Origin: Minisyncoccia bacterium | GTDB lineage: Bacteria > Patescibacteriota > Minisyncoccia > UBA6257 > 2-01-FULL-56-20 | Length of the DNA: 64,000 nucleotides | NCBI GenBank assembly: GCA_050008535.1 | Contig: JBEKML010000001.1 | Coordinates: 455,050 to 519,049 of the forward strand | Reading direction: 5' to 3' | Shown here: positions 63,756 to 64,000 of the stretch, piece after piece | How the letters are laid out: each line of letters opens with the position of its first letter | Position numbering within the stretch: the first letter of the stretch is position 1 | Notes under the pieces: generated by a model | The model's input: the letters and a program-made list of their open reading frames with translations, nothing else | Databases searched by the model: none | What the model was told of the DNA's origin: nothing | Program-made: the position numbers and the translations under genes

Positions 63756-64000
63756 ATGACCTTTATATTCCGATCACCGGACCGGGAATATCTGTTGATC
63801 ATCGTCGTTGCGTTCGCGCTCATCATAAATCTTTTCTTCCCTGCTTTTTCTGCGGCAGGAATTGTTTTGTGGATCGCCGCACTTTTTGGGGCGCTTCCTA
63901 CCGTAGGGGCGGCAGCTAGTGCACTCTATCGGCGCAAGGTCACCATAGATACCTTTAATGTTTTTGCGCTGGCGATCTCTTTCGCGACGCGCGAGATCCG
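63756..64000 (+). CDS. 5' part of a membrane protein, probably a heavy-metal P1B-type ATPase (runs off the window)
   Basis: Own translation MTFIFRSPDREYLLIIVV...ALYRRKVTIDTFNVFALAIS, open to the edge; TATAAT 6 nt before ATG. Confidence 0.6.
   Translation, partial: MTFIFRSPDREYLLIIVVAFALIINLFFPAFSAAGIVLWIAALFGALPTVGAAASALYRRKVTIDTFNVFALAISFATREI

Overview
Chromosomal segment of a small-genome Patescibacteria/CPR (Parcubacteria-like) bacterium; the taxonomy is inferred from protein families and gene architecture. Core genes are htrA, rplJ-rplL with the L10 leader, yvcK, mraZ-rsmH-ftsL-like-PBP-murF, tpiA, murB, hpf, secA, uvrA/B/C, nth and tsaC, plus six tRNA genes. They are interleaved with solo orphan genes, large repeat-rich surface proteins (FN3, LRR, NHL, pilin-like, PG-binding), an ECF sigma/MacAB-type exporter locus, and an unusual cluster of a PurD-like ATP-grasp enzyme, a saccharopine-dehydrogenase-like enzyme, two SET proteins, a GNAT and a DMT transporter. 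No CRISPR array, rRNA, integrase or transposase was seen. The strongest unexplained signal is a dispersed family of four 71-78 nt hairpins. Their 29-33 bp stems differ in sequence, but they share a loop core CT(A/C)(A/G)GAAGG and a TTTG/CAAA pair exactly 7 bp below the loop. Other findings include a hairpin sitting between two copies of the secA 3' end, candidate ncRNAs, tRNA/CDS overlaps, widespread leaderless-type promoters, an AAAGGTCG leader motif and a doubly frameshifted surface-protein gene. All product calls come from reading motifs by eye; no database search was run.
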